Both the position numbers and the translations under genes were made by a program. Below are positions 18,795-28,072 of a stretch of 64,000 bases of DNA, one piece after another. Origin of the DNA: a bacterium (GTDB lineage: Bacteria > Patescibacteriota > Minisyncoccia > 1-14-0-10-42-19). The notes beneath the pieces are model-generated. The model was not told where the DNA came from and ran no database searches. It saw nothing but the letters and a program-made list of their open reading frames with translations. Position 1 is the stretch's first letter; every line of letters begins with the position of its first letter. The stretch is taken from the NCBI GenBank assembly GCA_030690215.1, contig JAUYHD010000029.1:14568-78567 (forward strand), given 5' to 3'.

Positions 18795-18904
18795 TAGAAG
18801 GGGCTTGCTTATTACTAAGCGGGCCTCTTTTTATTTTTAGCAAAAATCCCTCAAGTTAAATTTTTAGGATGAAATTACTTACATGCTGATATATAATACA
18901 ATCA

Positions 18905-19867
18905 ATGGCAAAAATCGTTGTTGGAGTACTGCGCGGAGGCCCTTCCTCTGAATATGACATTTCGCTCAAAACTGGCGAAAATGTTTTGCGTCATCTTCCC
19001 CAAGAAAAATACAAACCCTTGGATATTTTTATTTCAAAAGCAGGCGAATGGCACTTAAAAGGCCTTGTCCGCCCGCCCGAAAAAATACTACAGCATATTG
19101 ATGTCGCCTTTAACGCTATGCACGGTGAATATGGAGAAGATGGAACAGTACAAAAAATTTTCCGTGATCACGGGATCCCCCACACAGGATCGGAGGTTAT
19201 GGCATCCCGCTTTACCATAAAAAAAGATACAGCAAAAAATCTACTGGAACGCGCGGGATTAAATGTACTCCCAGGAATAACCGTGCGACCCGATGACGAT
19301 ACACAAACGACACTCACGCTCGTGCATAAAAAAATGGCGCCTCCGTGGGTAGTTAAACCGAACGGAAAAGGATCGTCCGTGGGAGTTTCGATAGTAAGGA
19401 CTTTGCCGAATTTGGAAAAAGCAATCTCTGAAGTATTCCGCATTGACTCCTTAGTACTCGTAGAAAAATATATAAAAGGCAGGGAGGCAACATGCGGTGT
19501 CCTTGAAAATTTCCGGAATGAAAAATATTATGCGCTTCCGGTTGTGGAGATAATCCCGCCACAAGGAAAGTTTTTTGACTATCAGTCAAAATATGACGGC
19601 TCAACCAAAGAGGTTTGCCCCGGAAGATTCAGCAAACGCGAAGCAACACACCTCCAGGACGCAGCAATACGTGCGCATAAAGCGCTTGGATGCAGGCATT
19701 ATTCTCGAACCGATATGATTCTTGCAAACGATACGGTATGGGTTCTTGAAACAAACACCCTCCCGGGGCTTACTTCAGAATCTCTACTCCCTAAATCCGC
19801 AGAAGCGATAGGGCTTTCTTTCCCGGGCTTATTAGACCACTTGGTCGCTCTCGCACTTAAGAAATAA
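18905..19867 (+). CDS. ddl: D-alanine--D-alanine ligase
   Basis: ATP-grasp Ddl N-terminus MAKIVVGVLRGGPSSEYDISL and C-terminal motifs. Confidence 0.9.
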   Translation: MAKIVVGVLRGGPSSEYDISLKTGENVLRHLPQEKYKPLDIFISKAGEWHLKGLVRPPEKILQHIDVAFNAMHGEYGEDGTVQKIFRDHGIPHTGSEVMASRFTIKKDTAKNLLERAGLNVLPGITVRPDDDTQTTLTLVHKKMAPPWVVKPNGKGSSVGVSIVRTLPNLEKAISEVFRIDSLVLVEKYIKGREATCGVLENFRNEKYYALPVVEIIPPQGKFFDYQSKYDGSTKEVCPGRFSKREATHLQDAAIRAHKALGCRHYSRTDMILANDTVWVLETNTLPGLTSESLLPKSAEAIGLSFPGLLDHLVALALKK

Positions 19868-21128
19868 TAGCGCCCCCAAGCACCTGCCTGCCGGCAGGCA
19901 GGTTTCCCTCCTCCATTGAATAGAAAACTATTGATTGGCCGGGTGTTACTGCGCGTTGCGGATCTTTAAATTGAATTAAGAATTTTGAATTAGGAATTAA
20001 GGTTTCTTCCGTTATTCTTGATTCATAATTCATAATTCGTGCTACTTGTAGCGGTTGGCGATATCGTATTCGCACCTCACATTCTAAAGGCAATTCCGGA
20101 ACAACTCCGGATATCCAATGCGCGTCGCGAACGCGCAATTCCGTTTTAAATAATGCCTCTTCATATGGACCTTCGGCAACCGTAATCGTATTGATCGAAA
20201 CATCTTTATCGGTTACATAATATGGGATGCCCCCACCCACCCCTATGCCGTGACGCTGGCCGATGGTGTAAAATTCTGCCCCTTCATGCGTGCCTATTTC
20301 TTTTCCGCCGGTAGTCAGAATTTTCCCGGAACGCTTCGGCAATACTTCCTGCATAAAAGAACGGAAATCGATATTACCAACAAAACAAAGTCCCTGGGAA
20401 TCTTTTTTTGCATGTGTCGGAAGTCCAAACTTTTTTGCCATAGCGCGGACCTCTCTTTTTTCATATCCCCCAATCGGAAATAATGCGTGCTTCAATTGGT
20501 CTTGCGTTAGCGTCCATAAAAAATAACTTTGATCTTTGTTTATATCTCTCGCAACATGTAGCATATAGCGTGCGGCAGATTTCTCATTTTGAGTTTTGAA
20601 CTTTGCGCTTTGAGCTTTCCTTACATAATGTCCAGTTGCAATATAGTCTGCCCCCAAACTACGCGCCTTATTTAAAAAAACTCCGAATTTAATTTCTTTG
20701 TTGCACATGACATCTGGATTTGGCGTAAGCCCCGCTTTATATTCACGCACCATATAATCAAACACTGATGCGCGGTATTCTTTTTCGAGATCAAATACAT
20801 AAAATGGAATATGCAATTTTTCTGCGACTCGTCGGGCATCCTCCGCGTCTTGTGCGGATGTACAATACGCCCCCTCTGACCAGCACTTCATATAGGCGCC
20901 GATTACTTCGTATTCCCCACTTTGAACCAACAAAGCAGCCGCAACGGACGAATCAACCCCGCCGGACATCGCTACGAAGACCTTTTTACCCCGAGTAGTA
21001 TTGAGGGGCTTGCCCCGAGTGCTATCGGGGGGCTTGCCCCGAGCCCCGCCAGAAGCGGGATCGAGGGGCTTGCCCCGAGCCCCGCCAGAAGCGGGATCGA
21101 GGGGTTTGTTGTTTTGATTAATTGACAT
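19857..21128 (-). CDS. mnmA: tRNA-specific 2-thiouridylase MnmA with Pro/Gly-rich repeat N-terminal extension
   Basis: PP-loop KVFVAMSGGVDSSVAA, catalytic Cys regions; N-terminal ~47 aa encoded by tandem repeats. Confidence 0.88.
   Translation of the reverse strand: MSINQNNKPLDPASGGARGKPLDPASGGARGKPPDSTRGKPLNTTRGKKVFVAMSGGVDSSVAAALLVQSGEYEVIGAYMKCWSEGAYCTSAQDAEDARRVAEKLHIPFYVFDLEKEYRASVFDYMVREYKAGLTPNPDVMCNKEIKFGVFLNKARSLGADYIATGHYVRKAQSAKFKTQNEKSAARYMLHVARDINKDQSYFLWTLTQDQLKHALFPIGGYEKREVRAMAKKFGLPTHAKKDSQGLCFVGNIDFRSFMQEVLPKRSGKILTTGGKEIGTHEGAEFYTIGQRHGIGVGGGIPYYVTDKDVSINTITVAEGPYEEALFKTELRVRDAHWISGVVPELPLECEVRIRYRQPLQVARIMNYESRITEETLIPNSKFLIQFKDPQRAVTPGQSIVFYSMEEGNLPAGRQVLGGAIIS
20990..21112. 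repeat. GC-rich tandem repeat, 36-bp unit x2 full plus partial copies, in-frame in mnmA 5' end
   Basis: gccccgccagaagcgggatcgaggggcttgccccga at 21041-21076 and 21077-21112; partial copies 21001-21040. Confidence 0.85.
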
Positions 21129-21417
21129 CGTAGTGTATCTATGATAAAAAAAATATAGAAAAAATTCAAGGAGATACGCAATTGCTACTACTTATAACGG
21201 GAATGTTTAGCGGGTATTTCTCAATTGGGATACTCATCGTTATCGGAATAAGACTCGCTACAAAAAAAGACCGCGAAAAAATACCGGTTGAAACTAAGAG
21301 AAAACTTTATCAAAAATGGTTCTTCTTGTGGGGCGTACTCGCTGTTCTTTGGCTTCTTGGTCAATTTGGACAATTTGGGAGATTCTCCCGATAAACCAAT
21401 AAGGACGCGATGCGTCC

Positions 21418-22332
21418 TTATTTTATTTTTTGCTGGAGCTCACGGATATGTTCGGACGCAATCCCGAATCCTATGCCTACCTGCGAAACATCCCCGACCA
21501 ATTTTACCGTTTCATTATATAAATCAACATTAAACTTTACCGGATCAATACCGCCAATTGCAAAACCGGAAGAATATCCCGCCGGAAGTGTTATTAATTT
21601 TTCAACCGGAATATCCGTCTGGCGCGAACTCACCATCCCAATAACACGCCCCGTAATAGCGGAAAAAATAGGCCCCCCGCTATTCCCTTTATTTACGAAT
21701 GCATTAATGCTTAACTGGCGAACGCCTCCGCTTTCGTCTTTTGCAGAAATAACCCCCCTATGTATTAAAATGCGCGAAAGCCCCCTATTGAACGCCGCAA
21801 TCCCGATTTCTTCCCCTATTTCAATATTTTCAAAATACCCCAAAGAAACCGCGGGAAAATTTTTTCCATCTACACCAACGAGGGCGGTGTCTGAAACGCT
21901 GTCTTTTGCAAGCACGCGTGCTTCCAAGACGCGTCCATCAACTGTCTGGACATCAAAGGAACCCCCAACAGCGTCGGCAACATGCGCGGCTGTCGCAATA
22001 ATACCTCGCGAATCAATAAAAAATCCCGATCCCTTTACTTCCCCTTCGTCCACAATCATCACGGTCGCCCTCTTTACCGTTTCGGCATATAAAGAAAAAT
22101 CTTCCGCTTCAATAAAGCCCGATTCCTTCAAAGAAACAATTTGGCGCTCCTTTTCGTCCAACGCCTTGTCCAGTAGTAAGAAACGCTCCTCAAATGAATC
22201 CGAAAGGGCTGTAAGCATCGATTCGGTCTTGCGCGCGCTTTGACCACTTTGATATGCAATAATTATTACGACACCCGCAAGAAAAAAAATTGCTAGAGGT
22301 ATCGCATGTCTTTTTAAAAAATTCATATACAT
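21418..22332 (-). CDS. trypsin-like (S1C/HtrA-like) serine protease, membrane anchored
   Basis: GSGFFIDSRGIIATAAHV (His), NKGNSGGPIF (Ser) motifs; N-terminal TM. Confidence 0.8.
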   Translation of the reverse strand: MYMNFLKRHAIPLAIFFLAGVVIIIAYQSGQSARKTESMLTALSDSFEERFLLLDKALDEKERQIVSLKESGFIEAEDFSLYAETVKRATVMIVDEGEVKGSGFFIDSRGIIATAAHVADAVGGSFDVQTVDGRVLEARVLAKDSVSDTALVGVDGKNFPAVSLGYFENIEIGEEIGIAAFNRGLSRILIHRGVISAKDESGGVRQLSINAFVNKGNSGGPIFSAITGRVIGMVSSRQTDIPVEKLITLPAGYSSGFAIGGIDPVKFNVDLYNETVKLVGDVSQVGIGFGIASEHIRELQQKIK

Positions 22333-23465
22333 TATTTAAGATATCGCGTCTTGTTCTCTTTGTGCTCTTCAAATGTTTTTGCGTAATGCGCCTGTCCCTC
22401 CGCGTCATGCAAATAGTACCAATAATCGCTCTCTTCGGGGAAAATGGCAGCTTCAATCGCCTCTAACCCGGGGTTTGAAATGGGTGTTGGAGGAAGACCT
22501 AGTCGCTTGTACACATTATACGGGGAATCAATATTCAGATCGTCTATGCTTAACTCAAAAGAACCCCTTCCCGTCACATATGAAAGTACCGCGTCAACCT
22601 GAAGCGGATAATCCTGTTCAAGCCGCTTCCATAAAATACCCGAGATAATCCGACCGTCATCCCCATCAAATGCTTCGCGCTCAATAATAGAGGCCATAAT
22701 GAGCACGTCATAAAAATCCTTCCCTTGATTTTTAATCGCCTCCCGCAATTCGGAAGTAATTTTTCGGTCAAAATTTTCAAGCATCGCATGCACTACTCCT
22801 TGTGGTGACACTCCGGGTGGGAAAAAATATGTATCAGGAAATAAAAATCCCTCAAGACCTTCGCCTGCCGGCTTTGCCTCTAATAGATCTGTTTTTATGC
22901 TGTAGTCATTTGCGAGCGGCAGATATTCTCCGTTATTTCCATAATGAAGCGAATGAAGACCGGCTGCGCGCCAAAAATCTTCTGCGCTAAAAAATCCCCG
23001 CTCTTCAAAAAAAAGACCCATCCCATACACGGTCGCCCCTTCCGCAATAGTCGCCCGAAACGGAGTTACTTCGTAATTTCCGTCGGTAAGGCGGTACATA
23101 ATGTCAATTAAAGAAAGCGGCTGCTCAAAATAATAAAGTCCCGCTTTGATATCCCGCTCATATCCGAATGCCATTACCAATACGGAAAAAAGAAGGGGCG
23201 ATCTGATAACATTATGCGAACGCAGAGATGCCGCTATTTCACGCAAGCCCCTTCCCTCTTCTATTTCAAAAATCTTGTCGCTCGGAAAATCGTATGGGGG
23301 AAGAAAAAGCATGATTGCGGTGAAAACAAGCCACAAAAAAAACGCCATGCCGGCAATCCAAAACACGCGTTTATGACGGATGCGTTCATATATCAGATAG
23401 CCCTTTTTTGTCTTATCTATACTATCCATTACGCCATTGTAACATCTCTTATGTTCATACGACAC
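22332..23465 (-). CDS. mltG: endolytic murein transglycosylase MltG (YceG family)
   Basis: N-terminal TM, YceG-like domain incl. LPPTPISNPG motif. Confidence 0.8.
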   Translation of the reverse strand: MSYEHKRCYNGVMDSIDKTKKGYLIYERIRHKRVFWIAGMAFFLWLVFTAIMLFLPPYDFPSDKIFEIEEGRGLREIAASLRSHNVIRSPLLFSVLVMAFGYERDIKAGLYYFEQPLSLIDIMYRLTDGNYEVTPFRATIAEGATVYGMGLFFEERGFFSAEDFWRAAGLHSLHYGNNGEYLPLANDYSIKTDLLEAKPAGEGLEGFLFPDTYFFPPGVSPQGVVHAMLENFDRKITSELREAIKNQGKDFYDVLIMASIIEREAFDGDDGRIISGILWKRLEQDYPLQVDAVLSYVTGRGSFELSIDDLNIDSPYNVYKRLGLPPTPISNPGLEAIEAAIFPEESDYWYYLHDAEGQAHYAKTFEEHKENKTRYLK

Positions 23466-23480
23466 GCACCCGCATAAATG

Positions 23481-23640
23481 AATAACCGCACCGCAAACAG
23501 TGCGGTATTCGCGCTGATTGCGGTCTTGCGGTTATTCCACCCAGCACATAAGTTTAAACAACGTCATTTTTTAACCGGCTTTTGTTCGATGGATACTGCA
23601 TTCATACAGCGACGTGCTATTAAACTTATGTGCTGGGTTT
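23481..23640. repeat. structured repeat element: outer 10-bp IR (aataaccgca/tgcggttatt) + 18-bp perfect-stem hairpin cccagcacataagtttaa...ttaaacttatgtgctggg
   Basis: homologous, in opposite orientation, to 45155-45280. Confidence 0.7.
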
Positions 23641-23664
23641 ATTATCTGCATACCGCATCCACCT

Positions 23665-23732
23665 CGTTAGAAATTTCCTCAATAAAAAAACAACATAAAA
23701 CGCGTAATTTTCTTATACGGTAATTTCTAACG
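23665..23732. repeat. 11-bp perfect inverted repeat cgttagaaatt / aatttctaacg enclosing 46 bp
   Basis: member of CGTTAG...CTAACG(GG) hairpin family. Confidence 0.6.
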
Positions 23733-23776
23733 GGGTTCACCCTCGCAAGAGACGACCCAGCTTCGCCAAAGCTTTT

Positions 23777-23804
23777 CCGCCCAAGGCGGATCCGCCTTTG
23801 GCGG
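23777..23804. repeat. GC-rich palindromic element ccgcccaaggcggatccgcctttggcgg
   Basis: 27/28 identical to 6703-6730 inside leuS. Confidence 0.8.
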
Positions 23805-23845
23805 AAGCGAGGTAAGGGCTCACCATGGGTGGTTGCGGGCAGATA

Positions 23846-23880
23846 ATAAAATGCCCGTTCCGCATTTTGCGGAACGGGCG
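23846..23880 (-). terminator. rho-independent terminator for 23888..26461 gene
   Basis: perfect 11-bp stem gcccgttccgc/gcggaacgggc, U-rich tail on minus strand. Confidence 0.7.
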
Positions 23881-23887
23881 TAGAGTA

Positions 23888-26461
23888 TTATTTTTCTTCA
23901 ATCGGAAGACATCCAAGAGTAGTTTCAACATACATATTTATGTACGTGACATTTGAAATATCGTCTTCAAGACGCTGTTTCCCGTGGCCGTAAAACCCTG
24001 ACTCTATTTCTATAATACGGCCTTCTTTAGAAAGAATACGCGCAAACGCAACCCCAAAATCAGTTACTTTTGATTTGCTGTCTTCAAATGGCGTATGGGT
24101 GCAAATCGTAGGGCATTGCAATGAAAGCCGCTGTCCCAACTCCACCTCATAATGCTGGACAGATGTCGCCTGATGCCAATTTGCAGGAACAACAACATGG
24201 GCTTTTCTATATTTCGCAAGAGCGCGTTCAGAAGGAATACTGATAGTTTCGGTTCGCGCTGTCCCCGGATGTGTTGATTTGAAATTCAAACCGGATATGG
24301 GGCTCGTATAATGAATTTTCTGCGAAAGATTGTCTTTTATTATCTTAGAGCTGACAACCTTATGAAGCCCCGCGAAATTATACCCAAGCTTTTCAATACA
24401 CGAAGCAATTTCTCGCACAAGATATGCTTTCAGCGAATGCGTGAATTCAGACAAAGGAGATGTGCCTTCTCTTTTCTTCCAGTCATCATGGTTCCCAGAA
24501 ACATACAAAAATGTAACCAGGGCGGAAAGAATCGCTTGTCTGAGAGCCTCGGGAGAATGGTCCGGAGCTTTCGCATGCCACTCTTCAAATCGCGCGCGAA
24601 ATACCTCCATAACAACCTTGCCAACTATATGCGATGCTATCTTTTCTTGCTGGCTATCATTTGCTCCTGCTAAAATCTCTCCCCGCGCGAGTAACCCATG
24701 CTGCATTCCCTGGGTAAAATCACCGGAACCTACTAATAGGTTAGCATTGCGCCGCAAAATAAGAGCTGGCACTTCATGCACAAAAAATTCTCCGTCGCTA
24801 TAGACCGCACCCCCGTGCAAACAACCAAATCCGACAATGCTATCTTCTTTGAAATTGCTTTCGTCTTTAAACGGATACTCCACTTTTTTCTGAAGCACAT
24901 ACGGCGCAAAATCATATTCATCAGAATGTTCATCATGAACGATTTTGAACTTTGATTGCTTCATGTTCTCAATTTCTTTTCTTATCTCTTCGCGAGTCGC
25001 TTTATTCCCCATGCTATGGAGATGATATTCAATCATCCCGAGACGCTGTGGTCCCTTTTTAACCTGTTCAAAAATAAGCGCGCCTAATTCCGAAAGATCT
25101 TTTGGTGTTTTAACATGAGAACGCTCTTCCTTTACCAAATCCTTAAACGACCGATTTATGGTTGAAAACGTCCCATCAGGAAGGTACTTGAAAAAGCCTA
25201 CGCCGATCTGGTTCTCTGACGAGCGCGTTTCCATGATATTGTGAAGGGCCGGAGCAGTAACCCATGGCCGTTTTGCCTCTCCTTGAGGACGCTCAACACT
25301 TGCGGCAAAACACCCAACAAGAAAAACATCCGGCAAAATATGAGACGAACGCTTCTCTACATCCTGCAATTCGCGCTGCGGAGCTGTCGAATAATACCGT
25401 GAACGCCACGATGCCTTGCTTGGAACAACCGGCAAAATAGTTTTATCAATATATTTTACATACAAAGGATTCTGTTCTGCCGTTTTGTTATTCCAAAACA
25501 CGATATCTTCCTTGCGGATTTCAGCAAGCCGTTTTGCTATCTGCTCCCCTATCTCGCCATCATAGGCAGGACTTGTTACGATATAGAGCTTTGCGAAACT
25601 GCCGTCCGGCTTTTTAATTTGCGGGATGACATTGGCAAGTTCGCTTGCGGCATCTCCATAAAAGTCGCCCGCATCAAGGAGTTTCTCTTTTTCCCTCTCT
25701 TGCAGACTCAAGTCGCGCCAAAATTCCTGCTGCTTGAGTTCCTGCAGGCGATCTTTTAAATACAGTTTTAACTGTGCTTTAAGGGCCCGCTTATCTACAA
25801 GACCACCGACCAATATATTAAAAACGGTGTTCTTGCGTTGGAACTCCTGCATGCCCCGCTTTACAAGAGCGTCGCGATATCCGTCGCTCCCATAATCAAT
25901 ACGCGAACAATATCCGATGTAGCATGCGCCATCTTCAGCCCATCCTTTTTCAATCTCAAGAACAGAAGGATTGATTTTATTCTTTTCGTGTTTCTTTTCG
26001 CGGTCTTTCCGATATTGTTCCGCATTAACCTGGGAAGAGCCCGGATCTTTTTTTACACCCCGAACGCCAAGCTGTTTGCGAATATCGTAACGCTGTTGCG
26101 GACTTAACGACCTCAACGCCGGGAACCTCTTTACCTGCTCCTCAAAAGACAGCGAAAACGCCTCCGAAAGAGCGTCATGGTCCTCTTCTTTCGGGAAAAA
26201 CGTATAAAGCAAATTCTTTTTCCGGCCAAGATTTTCCCATGCTTTCTGCAGGGTATCTCCTTTTTTCTGCCTACGCAACCTGCTAAGAATCGCTCCAAAA
26301 GAAAAATCTTTAAGCGCCTTCTCTTTCTCAACTTCTTTCTGCAGATCTTCCTTGATAACGCAACGGCTTAAAGCGTTCCCAAGCGCGTCAACATTCGCCT
26401 TTCCTTCCTTTGTTTTCACGTCCCATGTTCTCGACATGTCTGCCTCCCTGTTGAAGTCCAA
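23888..26461 (-). CDS. large hypothetical protein (857 aa) with degenerate C-terminal calcineurin-like/Mre11-SbcD-like metallophosphoesterase motifs
   Basis: GFGCLHGG (motif I with Cys for Asp), VGSGDFTQG (II), VSGNHDD (III, GNHD as in SbcD/Mre11); N-terminal ~500 aa charged, no match recognised. Confidence 0.45.
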   Translation of the reverse strand: MDFNREADMSRTWDVKTKEGKANVDALGNALSRCVIKEDLQKEVEKEKALKDFSFGAILSRLRRQKKGDTLQKAWENLGRKKNLLYTFFPKEEDHDALSEAFSLSFEEQVKRFPALRSLSPQQRYDIRKQLGVRGVKKDPGSSQVNAEQYRKDREKKHEKNKINPSVLEIEKGWAEDGACYIGYCSRIDYGSDGYRDALVKRGMQEFQRKNTVFNILVGGLVDKRALKAQLKLYLKDRLQELKQQEFWRDLSLQEREKEKLLDAGDFYGDAASELANVIPQIKKPDGSFAKLYIVTSPAYDGEIGEQIAKRLAEIRKEDIVFWNNKTAEQNPLYVKYIDKTILPVVPSKASWRSRYYSTAPQRELQDVEKRSSHILPDVFLVGCFAASVERPQGEAKRPWVTAPALHNIMETRSSENQIGVGFFKYLPDGTFSTINRSFKDLVKEERSHVKTPKDLSELGALIFEQVKKGPQRLGMIEYHLHSMGNKATREEIRKEIENMKQSKFKIVHDEHSDEYDFAPYVLQKKVEYPFKDESNFKEDSIVGFGCLHGGAVYSDGEFFVHEVPALILRRNANLLVGSGDFTQGMQHGLLARGEILAGANDSQQEKIASHIVGKVVMEVFRARFEEWHAKAPDHSPEALRQAILSALVTFLYVSGNHDDWKKREGTSPLSEFTHSLKAYLVREIASCIEKLGYNFAGLHKVVSSKIIKDNLSQKIHYTSPISGLNFKSTHPGTARTETISIPSERALAKYRKAHVVVPANWHQATSVQHYEVELGQRLSLQCPTICTHTPFEDSKSKVTDFGVAFARILSKEGRIIEIESGFYGHGKQRLEDDISNVTYINMYVETTLGCLPIEEK

Positions 26462-26675
26462 AAGCTCAATATGATTTTTTCAAATAACTACACTTTTATT
26501 ATAACCGAACAGAGACCATTTGCAGGACAAAAATACAGTTAGACAGTAAATCAAGGAGTCCGTAAACCCCGTTAGAAGTACCGCTATCTAACCGTGCGAT
26601 ATTCTTGTATGGTATCTTTCATTTCCTATATACCGCCCATGGACTTAAAAACGCTCCACTTTTTGCGAAACGTTT

Positions 26676-27515
26676 TTAATAGCCACCAACAAATTCACGA
26701 AATCGTTTTTGCAATTCTCTTGTATGCAAGCCGACTTTCCCGTTCCCCACCATGTTGCTATTAATCTTTACAACAGGCAAAATCTCTTTATTGGTTGCGG
26801 TAAGAAACGCTTCAGACGCTTTAGGCACTTCATCTAAGCGGATATCCCGCTCTTCAATCCGAAAATCTTTTTTTGCGAGAGAGAGAACAAAATTGCGAGT
26901 AGTCCCTATTAATACATTTTTCTTCGGCGTAATGAGCCTGCTCCCCCTTACAAGAAAAAAATTACTTGTAGTCGCTTCAAGAATGTCGCCGTGGTACGTG
27001 TAGAGCATCTCTCTATACCGTTTATGCTTCTTAAAATTTCGCATCTTAAGCGCGATCATGTAATTATTTGTTTTTGCTTCAGGAATATCCCGAAGGTATT
27101 CATGCGTCAGCACCGGGATTCCTTTCGTATACAATATGTCGGGCAATGGTTCTGATTTTTCGGCAAGAATAAAAAATGTCGGTTTTTCAATAAAAAACAC
27201 GCTTGTGCTCGGTCCTCCGGTCAATACAAAACGCAAACAAGTTTCTGGAAATGCATTTTTTTCTATAAGCGCGTGTGTCGCTTTTTCGATATTCTTGCGG
27301 GAAACGGAAATCTGCAAATGGAGTTTTTTTGCGGATTCTTCAAACCGATCAAGGTGCTCTTTCATTAAAAACGGCTTACCATTATAGGTGCGTAAAAAAT
27401 CAAAAACTCCATACCCGCGAAGCACCCCCAAATCATTCAAACGAAAATCCGCATCTTTAAAAAGAACAATCTTTCCGTTAAAAAAACAGTGGCTGCCTAT
27501 CATCTTAATTTTCAT
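26676..27515 (-). CDS. class IV (fold type IV) PLP aminotransferase (BCAT / D-amino-acid aminotransferase / ADC lyase family)
   Basis: GVFDFLRTYNGKPFLMKEHLDRFEESA motif; probable start MKIKMIGSH. Confidence 0.7.
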   Translation of the reverse strand: MKIKMIGSHCFFNGKIVLFKDADFRLNDLGVLRGYGVFDFLRTYNGKPFLMKEHLDRFEESAKKLHLQISVSRKNIEKATHALIEKNAFPETCLRFVLTGGPSTSVFFIEKPTFFILAEKSEPLPDILYTKGIPVLTHEYLRDIPEAKTNNYMIALKMRNFKKHKRYREMLYTYHGDILEATTSNFFLVRGSRLITPKKNVLIGTTRNFVLSLAKKDFRIEERDIRLDEVPKASEAFLTATNKEILPVVKINSNMVGNGKVGLHTRELQKRFREFVGGY

Positions 27516-27605
27516 TATAAAAGAAAAACGGATGCAAAGATAGAAACATTGACACCAAAGCAAAAACATGTCACCATTGAAGAAACGCAAGAGGAGAGCC
27601 ATCGT

Positions 27606-28064
27606 ATGAAAAAAGAAACGGCATACCAGACATACCGCAAACAGCTTGTATTATTGGCAAATGAATACCATGATATTTTCCGGGATACCATGAGAGACGC
27701 GCTCGTAGTGCACACAAAAAAGTTAACGTCCGCTCTATTAAAACAAGCAGACCGCATAACGCTAGACGATCCTCTCCCCCAACTTCTTACTATTATCCCC
27801 GATATATATATAAAAGAAGATATTCTTGCGCAAACAATGCAGAATAATGGAAGAGATATGCCGAAGCATTTTCTTATGAAAATGCGAACGGAAAAAAAGA
27901 GAACGAAAACTTTGCCGTATGTAATCATGCACCTACAAAACGGCGAAAACTCGTTAGAGTATCCGGCCAACACACTAAATTTTCTCGAAAAAATCTTCTT
28001 TTTTATGTACTCAGGAAAATTTCCTTCCAAAGACACAACGTACCAAAAGCTAATCATCGCATAA
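27606..28064 (+). CDS. hypothetical protein (152 aa)
   Basis: GAGGAGAG RBS before ATG 27606; strong terminator immediately downstream; opposite-strand ORF 27515..28057 looks like antisense artefact. Confidence 0.45.
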   Translation: MKKETAYQTYRKQLVLLANEYHDIFRDTMRDALVVHTKKLTSALLKQADRITLDDPLPQLLTIIPDIYIKEDILAQTMQNNGRDMPKHFLMKMRTEKKRTKTLPYVIMHLQNGENSLEYPANTLNFLEKIFFFMYSGKFPSKDTTYQKLIIA

Positions 28065-28072
28065 ATTAAAAA

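Noticed and set aside
21410-22243. 277-aa plus-strand ORF
   Set aside because: Antisense shadow of the HtrA-like protease gene; low-complexity Ser/Pro/Thr-rich translation.
23737-23931. 64-aa ORF
   Set aside because: It is the translation of the GC-rich palindromic repeat plus terminator hairpin. It has no RBS and is a repeat-derived artefact.
27515-28057. 180-aa ORF on minus strand
   Set aside because: It is fully antisense to the better-supported plus-strand ORF 27606..28064, which has an RBS and terminator. Its translation is Cys/Phe/Ser-rich, typical of shadow ORFs.
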